Source: Gammaproteobacteria bacterium (GTDB lineage: Bacteria > Pseudomonadota > Gammaproteobacteria > Eutrophobiales > Eutrophobiaceae). Taken from it: a stretch of 64,000 bases of DNA. This document shows positions 62,275 to 64,000 of the stretch, piece after piece. Under the pieces are notes generated by a model. That model was not told the DNA's origin. It worked only from the letters and a program-made list of their open reading frames with translations, and ran no database searches. Location: positions 1,792,001-1,856,000 of the forward strand of contig OZ244905.1 in NCBI GenBank assembly GCA_965221695.1, written 5' to 3'. The position numbers and the translations under genes were made by a program. Every line of letters begins with the position of its first letter. Positions within the stretch are counted from its first letter, which is position 1.

Positions 62275-64000
62275 ATGCGGCAGATTTATACCCCCAAAGC
62301 CGTATTCGATGAAGCGCTGGAACTGGTAAATGCCGGCAATCCGGGCGCGGCTGAGCGTATTTGCAGGGAGGCCCTGGAGCGAATTCCCGATGATGTCAAT
62401 ATGTTGGGGCTGTTGGGCGCAATACTGGTAAAAATGCGCCGACTGGATCAGGCCGAGCGGGTGTTGCGGCGCACAGTGCGCCTCGCTCCCACCTTTGCCA
62501 AGCCTCACGAAGACCTGGGTTTCGTATTGCTTGAACTGGAACGCTACCAGGAAGCTGTCGGCGTTCTGCAGAAGGCAGTGCGGCTCGATCCCAAGCTTGA
62601 GTTCGCCCAGTTCAACCTGGGCAAGGCCCTGGCGATGACCGGCCAGGGCGAGCAGGCCGATGCCGCCTTTGAGGAGTCCTTCTCCCTGTCGCCGGAACGA
62701 AAGCTGCTGGCCGAAGCCGCCAGGCTGCACAAGGAAGGCAAGCTCGAGGAAGCGGAAAAACGCTATCGCCAAGCGCTGAAGAACAACCCCGATAATGTTG
62801 ATGCCATGCGCCTCCTGGCCATGGTGGCAGCGGCGTTGAAGCGCTTTGATGACGCCGAACGCCTGTTGCGGCGCGCGCTTGCCATCGCGCCGGACTACCT
62901 GACTGCGCTCATTGACCTAGGCCGGGTATTGAAAGAGCAGGACCGCTTTGAAGAAGCCATCGAATGCTTCAAAAAAGCCGTTGCCATCAACCCAAATAAC
63001 CCGCAGACCCATTTTCTGCTGGCCGGCGTCTGCGCGCCCGCGGCGCTGAACCATGAGGCGGTGGAAGCGTATCGGCAGACTCTGGCGTTATCCCCGAAGC
63101 ATCCGGGCGCGCTGCTCGGCCTCGGCAATGCTTTGAAGACCATCGGTCGCGTGGACGAAGCAATACAGTCCTACCATGACTGCATCAAGATAAAGCCCAA
63201 TAACGGCGAAACCTACTGGAGCCTGGCAAACCTCAAGACGTACCGGTTCAACGATGAACAACTGGCGGAAATGGAAAAACGGGTCGAGCAAAATGACACG
63301 GCCGGCGCAAAATCGGAGGTCAATTTTCTGTTCGCGTTGGGCAAGGCCTACGACGACCGGCAGGATTACGAGCGGGCCTGGCGCTACTACGAACGAGGCA
63401 ACAGCAAGCAGCGCATGCTGGTTCAATATGACCCGGTCCATACCGAGACTGTCAACGATAGCATCATTGAGGTCTTTGAGAAGCCTCTACTGCAAGAAAA
63501 AAGGGGTTCCGGCCATCCGGACCCGGCGCCCATATTTATCCTGGGGCTGCCGCGCTCCGGTTCCACTCTGATTGAGCAGGTTCTGGCCAGCCACAGTCAA
63601 GTGGAAGGCACCAGCGAACTGCCATACCTGGGCCGGGTCGCCACATCGCTGAACAGAAACCGGCCGGACGGCGTCAACTACCCGCAAGCCGTATGCGAGC
63701 TGGAACCGGAAAATTTTGCCACCCTGGGCAAGGATTACCTCCGCTACGCGCAACTGCACCGGACCGAAGGCAAGCCGCGCTTTATCGACAAGATGCCGAA
63801 CAATTTTCCCACCATCGGCTTCCTCTGCCTGATCCTGCCTGAAGCAAAGATCATTGATGCGCGCCGGCATCCCCTGGCAGCCTGCGTAGGCAATTTCAGA
63901 CAACACTACGCCAGGGGCCAAACCTTTGCCTATGACTTGACGGACATCGGGGAATACTACCTGCAATATCAGCGCATGATGGACCACTGGCACGAGGTCT
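62275..64000 (+). CDS. TPR-repeat sulfotransferase (partial, runs off the window end)
   Basis: Manual translation from ATG 62275: TPR repeats, then IFILGLPRSGSTLIEQVLASHS (PAPS-binding loop) and FIDKMPNNF. Absent from the ORF track because there is no stop in the window. Confidence 0.92.
   Translation, partial: MRQIYTPKAVFDEALELVNAGNPGAAERICREALERIPDDVNMLGLLGAILVKMRRLDQAERVLRRTVRLAPTFAKPHEDLGFVLLELERYQEAVGVLQKAVRLDPKLEFAQFNLGKALAMTGQGEQADAAFEESFSLSPERKLLAEAARLHKEGKLEEAEKRYRQALKNNPDNVDAMRLLAMVAAALKRFDDAERLLRRALAIAPDYLTALIDLGRVLKEQDRFEEAIECFKKAVAINPNNPQTHFLLAGVCAPAALNHEAVEAYRQTLALSPKHPGALLGLGNALKTIGRVDEAIQSYHDCIKIKPNNGETYWSLANLKTYRFNDEQLAEMEKRVEQNDTAGAKSEVNFLFALGKAYDDRQDYERAWRYYERGNSKQRMLVQYDPVHTETVNDSIIEVFEKPLLQEKRGSGHPDPAPIFILGLPRSGSTLIEQVLASHSQVEGTSELPYLGRVATSLNRNRPDGVNYPQAVCELEPENFATLGKDYLRYAQLHRTEGKPRFIDKMPNNFPTIGFLCLILPEAKIIDARRHPLAACVGNFRQHYARGQTFAYDLTDIGEYYLQYQRMMDHWHEV

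Overview
64-kb window from a Gammaproteobacterium, judged from its aroKB, mrcA, priA, glmU and atp genes. Roughly mid-50s % GC by eye, with AT-richer accessory patches. Several TA pairs, a PPC-RTX protein, a TPR-sulfotransferase, a sulfatase and gene decay suggest a marine, possibly host-associated lineage (inference). Core blocks: GldAFG-like ABC module, pyc, aroB-aroK/mrcA-priA, rraA-glmU-atpCDGAHFEBI. Main observations: (1) a selenoprotein split by the ORF track, an AhpD-like 399-aa ORF (8217->7018) with a CxxU motif and SECIS-like hairpin, in an operon with an AraC regulator and a MetE-fold enzyme; (2) at least nine copies of a GGAAnCTCTGA..TCAGAGnTTCC palindrome/MITE family, several TTAA-flanked, located at core/accessory junctions and bracketing small gene blocks, whose long forms carry CsrA-type GGA hairpins; (3) a ~16-kb probable N-alkyl/methyl-amine catabolic cluster (two COG1233 flavoproteins, GcvT-like, glutamyl-amine ligase, Rieske oxygenase, BetI-like TetR, PotFGHI-like); (4) no pilMNOPQ between mrcA and aroK, a frameshifted priA, an extended ATP synthase c subunit and decayed genes. 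No rRNA, tRNA, CRISPR array, integrase or transposase was recognised. All calls come from reading motifs; no database search was run.
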